From: Candidatus Pacearchaeota archaeon
Lineage (GTDB): Archaea; Nanobdellota; Nanobdellia; Pacearchaeales; GW2011-AR1
Direction: 5' to 3'
Length of the DNA stretch: 43,027 bases
NCBI GenBank assembly: GCA_030699205.1
Contig: JAUYJY010000058.1
Location: 1-43,027 of the forward strand
Shown piece after piece: positions 1 to 9,078 of this stretch. The notes under the pieces are model-generated. The model saw nothing but the letters and a program-made list of their open reading frames with translations, ran no database searches and was not told where the DNA came from. Both the position numbers and the translations under genes were made by a program. Position 1 is the stretch's first letter. Every line of letters starts with the position of its first letter.

Positions 1-138
1 CGGAAGAACAAAAAACTGTTCAAAATATGGACAATTCTGTTGATTAGCACAATTGTTTTCAGAATTGTACAGATAGAGAATTCTGGACAAATAGTGTTCC
101 AATTATCAGAATTATCTATATTTTGTCTTCTGCTATAT
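1..138 (+). mobile_element. R-type palindromic MITE-like repeat, copy R1. Only the hairpin-2 half is present because the window starts inside it, and it is interrupted by a nested element.
   Basis: nt 1-27 (cggaagaacaaaaaactgttcaaaata) and nt 121-138 (ttttgtcttctgctatat) match the 3' half of the copies at 11782, 14984, 27624 and 30824. 93 unrelated nt sit between them. Confidence 0.8.
28..120 (-). mobile_element. Nested R-like element (variant R-c) inserted in the hairpin-2 loop of R1
   Basis: Read on the minus strand it starts TATAGATAATTCTG and ends CAGAATTGTCCATA. It has two hairpins with related stems (AGATAATTCTG/CAGAATTCTCT and ACAATTCTG/CAGAATTGT). The uninterrupted site caaaaTAttttg is visible in the other R copies. 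Confidence 0.6.
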
Positions 139-239
139 AATCAAAGTGATTCATCCTCACCCCACTTCTTTAAGAATCTAATAACTCTCCGACGATATCT
201 TAACTACATCTCTTTCATCAGATAATTTATCAGTAAAAT

Positions 240-677
240 TTAATCCAATTTACCCAAATACTCCTTTATTCTTTCCAAAGTATGCGGAATAAGAAACTGT
301 TCAATCTTTTTCTCAAATATTTCAGATAGTGGCTCAAACTCAGACAGGCGATATAAGTTTTGTTTTTTATCCACTAACATCAAATCCCTAAGCCTTTTTA
401 GTTGTCTTCTTATATTGCTTTCAGCAATTCCTCTTTCTTCAAGGGAGTTTTCTTTTCTTATTTTTTTTACCAATTCCTGAATCTCAACAGAAGTTAATTC
501 TTTCCTATCATTTTTAGCATCATCTAAAACAAGAAGAACATCAACAACAACATCTCTTGAATCCCCGGGTTGCAACAACCCAATAGAAAGGCAAATTTTT
601 CTGACCAATTCCCTCTTAGAAGAGCCATAAGGTTTTTCATATTTTCTTAAAGTTATTTCGTGTAATGGAACATCCAT
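240..677 (-). CDS. Winged-helix-like DNA-binding protein (145 aa; start moved to MDVPLHEITL)
   Basis: ORF 240-887 overlaps the divergent ORF 730-1083, and the internal ATG at 677 removes that overlap. The pattern RELVRKICLSIGLL...SVEIQELVKKI...NIRRQLKRLRDLMLV looks like a wHTH. Confidence 0.5.
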   Translation of the reverse strand: MDVPLHEITLRKYEKPYGSSKRELVRKICLSIGLLQPGDSRDVVVDVLLVLDDAKNDRKELTSVEIQELVKKIRKENSLEERGIAESNIRRQLKRLRDLMLVDKKQNLYRLSEFEPLSEIFEKKIEQFLIPHTLERIKEYLGKLD

Positions 678-729
678 AATTTCAGGAGAACAACAATTAT
701 TATAAACCTTCTCCTCACAACATCCTGAA

Positions 730-1083
730 ATGGAATTAGTGGCATTTCTTGGTAACGATAAAGAAACTTGGGGGCAAATTACAGGTTTAATCAATCGGGG
801 AGATTGGGAAAAAATAATTTTAGTAAAATCAAAATCCTCTCCAGATTTTTCTTCCACAAAAAAAACCGAAACAATAATAGTAGACACAACAAAACCCTTA
901 ACAGAATTAAAGGAAGAAATCCTTCAAAAATTAAAGCCAAAACTTTCAGGTTTTGAAGCCCATTTATCAATCGCTTCAGGCAATGGAAAAGAGCATATGG
1001 CACTAATCTCTGCATTATTGTCCCTCCCTGTAGGAATACGTTTAGTAGTATTCACAAAAAACGGAGTTGAGGTTATTAACTAA
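730..1083 (+). CDS. Small Rossmann-like protein of unknown function (possibly CARF/Csa3-N-like)
   Basis: 117-aa ORF with an alternating beta-alpha pattern (MELVAFLG..., ILVKS, IIVD, LSIASGNGKEHMALISALL). There is no diagnostic motif. Confidence 0.45.
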   Translation: MELVAFLGNDKETWGQITGLINRGDWEKIILVKSKSSPDFSSTKKTETIIVDTTKPLTELKEEILQKLKPKLSGFEAHLSIASGNGKEHMALISALLSLPVGIRLVVFTKNGVEVIN

Positions 1084-1113
1084 ACTTAAATAATCAATAT
1101 CCAAACTATTTCC

Positions 1114-1491
1114 ATGACCTTAAAAGAAAAATTAACAGCTGCAATATTAGCATTATCTATTGGTTTAACTGGATGTGCTTCACAGCCGCAAAATCAATCA
1201 ATACCTGAGCAAAGAAGTGCTTTAGGATTTAAGCTCAAAAGCACGAGGGAAAATTCTTCGGATATAAACCCCTCTGGTCCAGGTATAATTTTTGCAGATA
1301 TAGGCGGAGATGGTCGCCCAGATAGGGTTTACCAAATTGGTGGGGAAGTAAAATATGAACCTCTTGCAACTGGGTCATCAAGGAAAATAATATCCTTGCA
1401 AGGTGATGAAACTCTTGTTAATGCATATTCAACAGGAAGTGGATTTGCAATTCAAACATCAACAAGAACTTACTTTTTCACAAATAATTAA
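1114..1491 (+). CDS. Putative lipoprotein
   Basis: Signal peptide ending in the lipobox LTGC. It contains an FG-GAP/VCBS-like DIGGDGRPD motif. Confidence 0.6.
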   Translation: MTLKEKLTAAILALSIGLTGCASQPQNQSIPEQRSALGFKLKSTRENSSDINPSGPGIIFADIGGDGRPDRVYQIGGEVKYEPLATGSSRKIISLQGDETLVNAYSTGSGFAIQTSTRTYFFTNN

Positions 1492-1821
1492 AATTTGCAC
1501 CGCACCAAGTTTGCCAAAGTATATATTTAATATCATAAAATAACGCCAATAAATAATAAAGAGATTATTGCATAAACAAATTAAAATTGGCTTAATTTAA
1601 AAAACACCATCAATAAAAGTTTTAAAGTATCATACTTTATCGCCTATAAATTATTATTTGTTAATTAATTATAAAAATATTTCACACATTTCAGTTATAA
1701 AAACTATTTTTAAGCAATTTATCATCGGAAATCATCAAAAATCTATTTGCATTTAGATTATTTCCCTCGTTTTATCAAATATTAATTTATAAATTTTAGT
1801 TCATAAATACCCCAAATCACA

Positions 1822-3234
1822 TTAGAATAAATTAAGAAACCACTTAGCCATCATTAATACAACTAAAAGTAAAATAAACCACGTCACAATTGCATAGGCT
1901 TTCTTTCCTATTTTTTCTTTTCCAGTAATTCCCCATATTGTGATATAAAAGAATCTTCCCCCATCTAAAATTGATACGGGAAGCATATTCATCAAAGCAA
2001 CCAGTATGTTAATAACAATAATCCACCATAATAAATCATATATGAAGACTACAAAATCGCCGTCCCACGTTGCTTCATAATACACATTTGGCTGTTTTAC
2101 TTTAGAAAAGATAGAATAAATCTTCCCTGAAAATCCCCCTCTTTCTTGAGAATAAAATCCAACTCCTAAATAGGCTTTTCCATTTTTATCTCCAAGAATT
2201 ACATCGTACACTACTTCTCCCGAGCTTTGTATTGTAATAATCTTAACCTGTTCGTTCGGAGAATAATTTTCAAGAGCATTAATTAAGTCTTTGTGACTCT
2301 TAACTTCATAATCTCCTATCTTCTTAATTGCACCTTCTAACCTTGAATTTATTGCAGGAGAATTTTCAAAACCGACAATTTGCTCATTATTCAATAAAAC
2401 TTCTTCGGTAAGAAGCCCATTTGGAATCAAAACAATTTCTCCCGAATCCAGAGTAATTCTATTTAATCCTTCTTCTGCAAAACTTGGAATTTCTCCGATG
2501 GTTTCCAATGTAACATTTCCAATCATTGTGATACTTGAAACATTAACTATTGTTTGAGCATATGTGTTAAACTCAAGCCCTGCAGGTGCAAAGCTCAAGG
2601 CAAAAAAGCCCCACATAATTAATCCAAATAAAATTGTCATAACCATATTAGCAAATGTTCCGGCTCCTAAAATACTCAATTGTTTGAACTTTCCCGATTT
2701 TTCCATTTGTTTTTCATCAGGCTCTACAAAAGCTCCAAAGAAAGGTCCAAAAAATGCAAGACCTGTCGTTTTAACTTTAATCTTCCAGAGTCTTGCGAAA
2801 ATCCCGTGAGAAAATTCGTGAGAGACTGCAACAATCGCCAGAGCAATCAAGAAATATGTAAAATACAAAGGAGGAAATAAAGATTCTAAATTAAATATTT
2901 TAGGAAAATAAGGAATTAAAGGTGCTATTGGGGGAAGTCCTTGTAATTCTGTTGGTATTGGTTGAGTCACATAAACCCAAACAGTCTTAGTCAAAAGCCA
3001 CAAAATTCCCGCCATTAATGCATACCCTGAAGCAATAACCACATAACTCAACGGCTTCAATATTCTCTCAAACTTTTTAGCAGTCCATTCAATAAACTTT
3101 ATTCCTACCTTGCTGTGATATAAAAAAATCCACCCATGCCTCTTAACATTCTTTTTATTTCTATAAAAAAACCATCCTGCCAGAATCCCGAACAAAATCA
3201 GGAACACTATGTCATATACAAAAAAACTAACCAC
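1822..3234 (-). CDS. Site-2 protease (M50 family metalloprotease) with a PDZ-like insert
   Basis: HEFSHG (HExxH) lies in a TM segment and NMLPVSILDGG (NxxPxxxLDG) near the C-terminus. The protein is multi-TM. Confidence 0.85.
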   Translation of the reverse strand: MVSFFVYDIVFLILFGILAGWFFYRNKKNVKRHGWIFLYHSKVGIKFIEWTAKKFERILKPLSYVVIASGYALMAGILWLLTKTVWVYVTQPIPTELQGLPPIAPLIPYFPKIFNLESLFPPLYFTYFLIALAIVAVSHEFSHGIFARLWKIKVKTTGLAFFGPFFGAFVEPDEKQMEKSGKFKQLSILGAGTFANMVMTILFGLIMWGFFALSFAPAGLEFNTYAQTIVNVSSITMIGNVTLETIGEIPSFAEEGLNRITLDSGEIVLIPNGLLTEEVLLNNEQIVGFENSPAINSRLEGAIKKIGDYEVKSHKDLINALENYSPNEQVKIITIQSSGEVVYDVILGDKNGKAYLGVGFYSQERGGFSGKIYSIFSKVKQPNVYYEATWDGDFVVFIYDLLWWIIVINILVALMNMLPVSILDGGRFFYITIWGITGKEKIGKKAYAIVTWFILLLVVLMMAKWFLNLF

Positions 3235-3246
3235 TTTTTATACCCA

Positions 3247-3417
3247 TTATTTTTTCTTAGACTTTATCGGCCTAAAATTATGTTTACTGCATCTTCTGCA
3301 TTTTACCGTCCGTGCTATAACTTTTAACGAAGTTGTTTTCATCTTTTGTCCGCAGTTTTTACATACATAAACATTCTTAAAAAGTCTGTTTTGTGCCGCT
3401 GGTATTTTTGTTGCCAT
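3247..3417 (-). CDS. rpl40e: Ribosomal protein L40e (eL40), 56 aa, below the ORF-track cutoff
   Basis: Manual translation: MATKIPAAQNRLFKNVYVCKNCGQKMKTTSLKVIARTVKCRRCSKHNFRPIKSKKK. It has a CxxC...CxxC ribbon and a basic tail. The ATG directly abuts the aIF5A stop codon. Confidence 0.8.
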   Translation of the reverse strand: MATKIPAAQNRLFKNVYVCKNCGQKMKTTSLKVIARTVKCRRCSKHNFRPIKSKKK

Positions 3418-3807
3418 TTATAAAATCCTCATTATTAATTTTTCTCCCTCTATATCCCAATATTCTACTTGTTTTCCTTCCTCAATCTGGTTTCTTAATT
3501 CTTCTGCAAAAGACAGCTCAAGAGTTTCAAAACTTTCAAGGTCCATTACACTTACCTTATCGCCTGAAACGCCTAATACTTGGGCTTTTTTCTTCTCTAC
3601 CAATGGAACCTCTAATTTTTCATCTCCGGGAATAACTCCAATTCTTTTCTTATTATCAAATATGCCCACAACTTCCATTCTGCATTTGGTGTGTCCGTGC
3701 TTCCCTGTTTTGCTATGGTCGCTGGACTTTACAGTGCAAGCCACCCCTTCCCATAAAATAACTGTCCCCGATTTTGCAGTGGCAGCCGATATTAATTTTA
3801 AAACCAT
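3418..3807 (-). CDS. eif5a: Translation initiation factor 5A
   Basis: Hypusine loop SKTGKHGHTK; 129 aa with an OB-fold C-terminal half. Confidence 0.9.
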   Translation of the reverse strand: MVLKLISAATAKSGTVILWEGVACTVKSSDHSKTGKHGHTKCRMEVVGIFDNKKRIGVIPGDEKLEVPLVEKKKAQVLGVSGDKVSVMDLESFETLELSFAEELRNQIEEGKQVEYWDIEGEKLIMRIL

Positions 3808-3855
3808 ACCAAAAAGTTACAAGAAATATTTATAAAACCTTCTACTCGCATACTA

Positions 3856-4548
3856 ATGATGGAAAACACTGAAATAGTAAGAAAAAAGGATTTCATAGAA
3901 TTAAAATTTACGGGATATTCTAATGGAAATATATTTGATTCAAATATCCCCGAAGATTTAAAATCCCTTTCACCAGATGCAAAACCTGAAAAAACAATAG
4001 TTATCGTCGGGGAAAATATGATTGTTCCGGGATTTGACAAGGCATTGGAAGGAAAGGAATTAAACAAAGAGTATGAAATAGAAATTCCCTATTTAGATGG
4101 TTTTGGGCAAAGAAGAAGGGAATTAGTAAAAACTATTCCCCTAAACGTTTTCAGAAGCCAAAATATCAATCCGAAGCCCGGAGCCGCATTACTTTTAGAT
4201 AATCAGTTTGCAAGAGTAATCACAATATCCGGAGCAAGGGTAATAACCGATTTTAATAATCCTCTTTCAGGAAAAGATTTGAAATACAAATTTATCATAA
4301 CTCGAAAAGTAATTGATTTAAATGAAAAGTCAGAGGCATTCTTTCAATTCTTTTTAAGATTCAAACCAGATTTTGAAATTTCAGAAACAGCAGTGTTTGT
4401 AAAAGGTCCCCAAATATTTGAACAGATGATTAATTTGCAAAAAGAAAAATTCAAAGATTTAATAGGAAAAGATTTAGAGTTTAAACTTGAAGAAAAAAGA
4501 TCTGCACAGGAATCAAATAATGAATCTCCCGAAAACACTCCAAAATAG
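3856..4548 (+). CDS. FKBP-type peptidyl-prolyl cis-trans isomerase (long archaeal type)
   Basis: The ELKFTGYSNGNIFDSN and VPGFDKALEGK patterns are typical of FKBP/SlyD-like proteins. Confidence 0.75.
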   Translation: MMENTEIVRKKDFIELKFTGYSNGNIFDSNIPEDLKSLSPDAKPEKTIVIVGENMIVPGFDKALEGKELNKEYEIEIPYLDGFGQRRRELVKTIPLNVFRSQNINPKPGAALLLDNQFARVITISGARVITDFNNPLSGKDLKYKFIITRKVIDLNEKSEAFFQFFLRFKPDFEISETAVFVKGPQIFEQMINLQKEKFKDLIGKDLEFKLEEKRSAQESNNESPENTPK

Positions 4549-4615
4549 AACTACGTTTAATTACACTTCAGATTAGTATAATAATCCTTATAAAGAAATC
4601 TCATTTTCATATTAA

Positions 4616-5704
4616 ATGCCAGACATTACAATAGAATCGCACATAAACAATAACAGTTCTATAGACCAAGAATTAGAATCTTTATTGGAAAAACAATCTA
4701 CGAGAGTAAAGGTAATTGGTATTGGCGGGGGTGGAAATAATTCCGTTTCAAGGATGAAAGAAATAGGGATAAAAGGTTGCGAAGTAATCGCAGTAAATAC
4801 AGATGCACAGGATTTATTATATGCAAATGTTGATTCCAAAATACTTATTGGAAGAGAATTAACTGCAGGTCTTGGTGCAGGAAGCAATCCCAAAATCGGA
4901 GAAGAAGCGGCAAGAGAATCAGAACAGGAAATAAAGAAAAAATTATCAAATTCAGACCTCGTATTTGTAACCTGCGGGCTTGGAGGGGGTACCGGAACAG
5001 GTGCAATTTCAGTAATCGCAGATATTGCAAAAAAACAAGGGGCGTTAGTTATAGGAGTGGTTACTCTTCCATTTACTGTCGAAGGCCAAAAAAGAATAGA
5101 AAACGCCCAATATGGGCTGGAAACCCTAGAATCCATAGTGGATACTTTAATTGTCATACCAAATGATAAATTATTAGAATTAGCTCCCGAACTTCCAATA
5201 CAAACGGCTTTCAAGGTAGCAGATGAAATACTAACAAATTCGGTTAAGGGAATAGCGGAATTAATTACCTCTTCAGGATTAGTAAACTTAGACTTTGCAG
5301 ACGTAAAAGCAGTAATGTCAAACGGGGGAGTTTCTTTAATAGGCATAGGAGAATCAGACAGTTCTCAAAATAGGGCAATTGAAGCAGTAGAAAGGGCAAT
5401 TCACAATCCATTGCTTGATGTGAGTATAGATAAAGCAAAAGGGGCATTAGTAAATGTCATAGGCGGACCAGATATGTCTTTAGACGAATATAGAAAAGTA
5501 ATGGAGGAAATAAACAACAGAGTTGCTCCTGATGCAAAAATAATTTCAGGTGCAAAAATTTCCGCAGATATGGAAAAATCACTAAAAGTTTTATTGATAG
5601 TAACCGGGGTGCAAAGCTCACAAATCCTCGGCTCTTCGCAAAGGTTTACTAATAAGGAATCAACTATCGACGAAGAATTAGGAATAAGGTTTTTAAGAGA
5701 TTAA
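4616..5704 (+). CDS. ftsZ: Cell division GTPase FtsZ
   Basis: GIGGGGNN and the tubulin signature GLGGGTGTGA. Confidence 0.95.
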   Translation: MPDITIESHINNNSSIDQELESLLEKQSTRVKVIGIGGGGNNSVSRMKEIGIKGCEVIAVNTDAQDLLYANVDSKILIGRELTAGLGAGSNPKIGEEAARESEQEIKKKLSNSDLVFVTCGLGGGTGTGAISVIADIAKKQGALVIGVVTLPFTVEGQKRIENAQYGLETLESIVDTLIVIPNDKLLELAPELPIQTAFKVADEILTNSVKGIAELITSSGLVNLDFADVKAVMSNGGVSLIGIGESDSSQNRAIEAVERAIHNPLLDVSIDKAKGALVNVIGGPDMSLDEYRKVMEEINNRVAPDAKIISGAKISADMEKSLKVLLIVTGVQSSQILGSSQRFTNKESTIDEELGIRFLRD

Positions 5705-5825
5705 TAAGCCCACACAATTAATCGCAAAATCAAATAATCACATTATTTGTAAACTTAAAAAACTTAAACCTTCAATTAAAAAGCTCAATGAACAATTTTA
5801 AAAACTCTTCATTTCTTTAACATTC

Positions 5826-5993
5826 ATGGGAAAGCTAAAATCATTTATTGCACAATCTGTAAGAGTTTGGAGAATTTTAAAGAAGCCGACAAAACAAGAA
5901 TTCAGTTTAATCTCCAAAGTTTCGGCAATAGGAATTCTTGTCTTGGGCATTATAGGTTTTTTAATTTCATTAGTTGTGAAAGCTTTCAATTAA
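5826..5993 (+). CDS. secE: Preprotein translocase SecE/Sec61-gamma, 55 aa, below the ORF-track cutoff
   Basis: Manual translation: MGKLKSFIAQSVRVWRILKKPTKQEFSLISKVSAIGILVLGIIGFLISLVVKAFN. It has a single C-terminal TM and fits the conserved secE-spt5-rpl11 order. It supersedes the antisense ORF 5798-5989. Confidence 0.8.
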   Translation: MGKLKSFIAQSVRVWRILKKPTKQEFSLISKVSAIGILVLGIIGFLISLVVKAFN

Positions 5994-6074
5994 CGCCACA
6001 GAAACTTTTATAAACCATCCAAAACCCTTAAAACCACTACTTCTTTAATATCAAGAGGTAGTTGGAACTGAAAA

Positions 6075-6548
6075 ATGATATTTATTGTAAAAGTCACAAC
6101 AAATAAAGAAGAAAAAGCTCTTGAAATGATTTATGACAGAGCTATAAAAAAGAATCTTTCTGTTTATGCAATAGTAAGACCTCACGGATTAAAGGGTTAT
6201 ATTATCCTCGAGGCGGCAGACAGAGATTCTGCAGAAGAATCCTCTTTTAATCTTCCCTATGTGAAAGGCATAATCGGAAAAACGGTTTCATATGACGAAG
6301 TTAAAAATATACTTCAGCCAGAAGCAGAAGATTTTAATATAGAAGTAGGCGACATTGTCGAGATGATTGCAGACCACTTCAAAAATGAAAAAGGAAAAGT
6401 TATGAGAATTGACAAGAAGAAGGGAGAAGTTGTAGTTTCATTATTGGGTGCCGCAGTTCCAATTCCAGTAACTGTAAAAATGGATAATATAAGAGTTGTA
6501 AGAAGAGAAAAGGAAGAGGAAGAGGAGGAAGAAAATGCCTATAATTAA
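6075..6548 (+). CDS. spt5: Transcription elongation factor Spt5 (archaeal NusG)
   Basis: NGN-like N-terminal half and a KOW motif (GDIVEMIADHFKNEKGKVMRID). It sits upstream of rpl11 with a 14-nt overlap. Confidence 0.85.
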   Translation: MIFIVKVTTNKEEKALEMIYDRAIKKNLSVYAIVRPHGLKGYIILEAADRDSAEESSFNLPYVKGIIGKTVSYDEVKNILQPEAEDFNIEVGDIVEMIADHFKNEKGKVMRIDKKKGEVVVSLLGAAVPIPVTVKMDNIRVVRREKEEEEEEENAYN

Positions 6549-7230
6549 ACTGATTGTTGAAGGCGGAGCAATGAAGCCGGGACCAACAGTAGCACAGCAA
6601 CTTGGTCCAATGGGAGTCAATTTAGGAAAAGTTATAGAAGATGTAAATAAAGAAACGCAAGGATTCAAGGGAATGAAAGTTCCGGTAGAATTAGATGTTG
6701 ATAGTAAAACAAAAAATTACAAAATAAAAGTTTATTCGCCTCCGGTTTCAGAACTGATAAAAAAAGAATTAAAGATTGACAAAGGTTCGGGACGTCCGAG
6801 CGACACAAAAGCAGGGAATCTTTCAATTGAGCAGACAATATTAATTGCAAAAACAAAAATGCCTGGTATGCTTGCCAAAGATTTAAAGGCGGCAGTAAAG
6901 CTCGTCGCTGGCTCTTGTGTTTCTATTGGAGTCCTCATAGAAAGTAAAAGTCCTCAGGAAGTGATTGCAGAAATTAACTCTGGAAATTATGACTCTGAAA
7001 TTAATCAGGAAAAAACAGAAGTTTCTCAGGAAAAGAGAAAAGAACTTGATAATTACTTCAATGAGATAAAATCCAAACAAGAGGCATTAGCAAAAGCGGC
7101 TGAAGAAGCTAAAGCGGCTGAAGAAGCGGCAAAAGCAGAAGCAACGACAACGGTTGCGAAACCAGAAGAAAAGAAAGAAGAGAAGAAGGAAGAAAAGAAA
7201 CCAGAAAAGAAACCGGCGTCCAAGAAATAA
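6535..7230 (+). CDS. rpl11: Ribosomal protein L11 (uL11) with a ~70-aa Ala/Glu/Lys-rich C-terminal extension
   Basis: N-terminal IKLIVEGGAMKPGPTVAQQLGPMGVN is a typical L11 sequence. The tail reads AKAAEEAKAAEEAAKAEA...EEKKEEKKEEKKPEKK. Confidence 0.9.
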   Translation: MPIIKLIVEGGAMKPGPTVAQQLGPMGVNLGKVIEDVNKETQGFKGMKVPVELDVDSKTKNYKIKVYSPPVSELIKKELKIDKGSGRPSDTKAGNLSIEQTILIAKTKMPGMLAKDLKAAVKLVAGSCVSIGVLIESKSPQEVIAEINSGNYDSEINQEKTEVSQEKRKELDNYFNEIKSKQEALAKAAEEAKAAEEAAKAEATTTVAKPEEKKEEKKEEKKPEKKPASKK

Positions 7231-7261
7231 TTTAAATACCTTCATTTATCATTTTAAATAA

Positions 7262-7335
7262 GGGGCCGTAGTATAGTCTGGTTAGTATCCGAGGTTTGGG
7301 ACTTCGTGACCCCGGTTCAAATCCGGGCGGCCCCA
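7262..7335 (+). tRNA. tRNA-Pro (anticodon UGG)
   Basis: Cloverleaf folded by hand. Acceptor GGGGCCG/CGGCCCC, anticodon stem CGAGG/CUUCG, anticodon loop UUUGGGA, T arm CCCGG-UUCAAAU-CCGGG, discriminator A. 74 nt, with no intron and no encoded CCA. Confidence 0.9.
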
Positions 7336-7386
7336 TTTATATTAAATACCAAAATTTAAAAAGCATTATCCAAGTAATTAATTAAT

Positions 7387-7608
7387 ATGGCAGCAAAGAA
7401 AAAGAAAATAAAAGCATCAGGTCGTTTTGGTGCAGGATATGGAACAAGAGTCAGAAAGAAACTTAACGCTGTAGAAAGTTTGCAAAGAAAAAAACAAAAA
7501 TGTCCTTTCTGCACTAAATCAGGAGTCAAAAGACAAGCAGTCGGAATATGGAATTGCGAAAAATGCGGAAAAACATTTGCATCTAAAGCATATTCAATAA
7601 ACCCTTAA
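7387..7608 (+). CDS. rpl37ae: Ribosomal protein L37Ae (eL43)
   Basis: Basic N-terminus GRFGAGYGTRVRK and a CPFC...CEKCG zinc ribbon. Confidence 0.9.
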   Translation: MAAKKKKIKASGRFGAGYGTRVRKKLNAVESLQRKKQKCPFCTKSGVKRQAVGIWNCEKCGKTFASKAYSINP

Positions 7609-7637
7609 ACTTAAAAACCCACAAAACACAAATAATT

Positions 7638-7775
7638 ATGGCACAATATAAATGCTTCAAATGCGGGAAAACAACAACAAACAAAATACTTGAAAAGAGA
7701 TTTAATTGTCCTGCGTGCAATTCAAAAATTTTCTACAAGCCAAGAAAGCATATAGTAAAAATAAAGGCAATTTAA
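7638..7775 (+). CDS. rpoP: RNA polymerase subunit P (Rpo12), 45 aa, below the ORF-track cutoff
   Basis: Manual translation: MAQYKCFKCGKTTTNKILEKRFNCPACNSKIFYKPRKHIVKIKAI, with two CxxC pairs. The stop codon abuts the next ATG. Confidence 0.75.
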   Translation: MAQYKCFKCGKTTTNKILEKRFNCPACNSKIFYKPRKHIVKIKAI

Positions 7776-8129
7776 ATGGAATTAAATCAGGAATCACAGG
7801 AAAAACTGCAAGAGCTTCAGATTTTAGAGAACAACTTGCAGAATGTTTTAATGCAAAAACAAGCTTTCCAGATGGAATTAGGTGAAACTATCAATGCGTT
7901 AGAAGAAATTAAAAACACGAATGAATCCATCTATAAATTAGTCGGCACAATTATGATTAAAGCTGACAAAGAAAAAACTCTTGAAAGTTTGGGGGAAAAA
8001 AAGAGAATTCTTGAATTGAGAAATGAATCCTTAGACAAACAAGAAAGGCTTTTCGAAGCAAAAGCAAAAGAAATTCAGGGATTTCTTAGAAATGCAATAA
8101 ACGAGAAAAATATTGAAAAGAAAGAATAG
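7776..8129 (+). CDS. pfdB: Prefoldin beta subunit
   Basis: 117 aa with two coiled-coil arms flanking a central hairpin region. It sits after rpl37ae-rpoP, as in many archaea. Confidence 0.75.
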   Translation: MELNQESQEKLQELQILENNLQNVLMQKQAFQMELGETINALEEIKNTNESIYKLVGTIMIKADKEKTLESLGEKKRILELRNESLDKQERLFEAKAKEIQGFLRNAINEKNIEKKE

Positions 8130-8242
8130 GATTTATTAAAAATAATCAGATTAATTCAAAGAGATAACTTAATGCAGTTTTAACAAATACTTATATCCCA
8201 AAATACGATAATATTTATATACTAACCCGCTTAGTTCAAAGC

Positions 8243-8623
8243 ATGGCCTTCGATATAAAAAAGATGTTTGGTAAAAATGAAGTTTCAGAAGATTATGTAG
8301 AAATAGATTTAAACCAAGGACAGCAGAAAAAAGAAAAAATTAGAGTAAGACCATTTACTCTTAAAAAATATGACGATGTTAACGAGGTTCTTGAGGCACT
8401 AAGAGAAGGATATTCCATTGCAGTAATCGATATCAGACCCTTAAAATCAAAAGACATTATTGAATTAAAAAGAGCAATCACCAAGATAAAGAAAACCGTA
8501 GATGCTTTAGAAGGTTCAATTGCAGGTTTCGGAGACCATTCAATTATAGCAACTCCTGAATTCGCAGAAGTTTATAAAGCTCCCGCAAAACCACAAAAAA
8601 AAGACGATTTAAGCTTTTATTAA
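8243..8623 (+). CDS. sepF: SepF-like cell division protein
   Basis: 126 aa. The central IRVRPFTLKKYDDVNEVLEALREGYSIAVIDI...AITKIKKTVDALEGSIAGFGD resembles the SepF/DUF552 core. ftsZ lies 2.5 kb upstream. Confidence 0.7.
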   Translation: MAFDIKKMFGKNEVSEDYVEIDLNQGQQKKEKIRVRPFTLKKYDDVNEVLEALREGYSIAVIDIRPLKSKDIIELKRAITKIKKTVDALEGSIAGFGDHSIIATPEFAEVYKAPAKPQKKDDLSFY

Positions 8624-9078
8624 TTTATTAAAAACGCAAGCGATTGCGTGAAATATAAACCAATTTTTAATTTTAGGATGTTATGTTCCAAATGCTTTCA
8701 ATGTGTTTTTAAATCGTGTGTAAATGTGTAATTCTGTAAGTTATTATCTCAAATTACCCAATTAAGTTGTCCGCCCACTATTAATAAAATATTTAGCAAT
8801 TAATGATTTAACTAACCAACTTTTTGATAATTGCCTGCGATATATTTTTAAAAATCTGTCCTGCAAGATAAAATTCTAACCTTTATTATATCCGCGGTTA
8901 ATTAATCAATCTTTAAAGGTGATAAAATATAATATCTTGAAAGTATTATTAATGTTAATATTTGAATAAAATCAATTTTAGTTCGTATTTTCCCTAATCT
9001 CTGAATATTTCAGCAACTTTCCCCCATTCAAATAATTTCTATCAAACTAACAATTTCAATTTAAACTTCTCTATAATT

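Noticed and set aside
5798-5989. 63-aa minus-strand ORF between ftsZ and spt5
   Set aside because: The plus strand at 5826-5993 encodes a textbook SecE-like 55-aa protein in the conserved secE-spt5-rpl11 position. The minus-strand product has no features.
8624-9078. Long AT-rich intergenic regions (8624-9078 and 1492-1821) considered as possible ncRNA genes or a replication origin
   Set aside because: No repeated ORB-like boxes, no tRNA-like folds and no conserved helices could be seen by eye. There is nothing to support a call.
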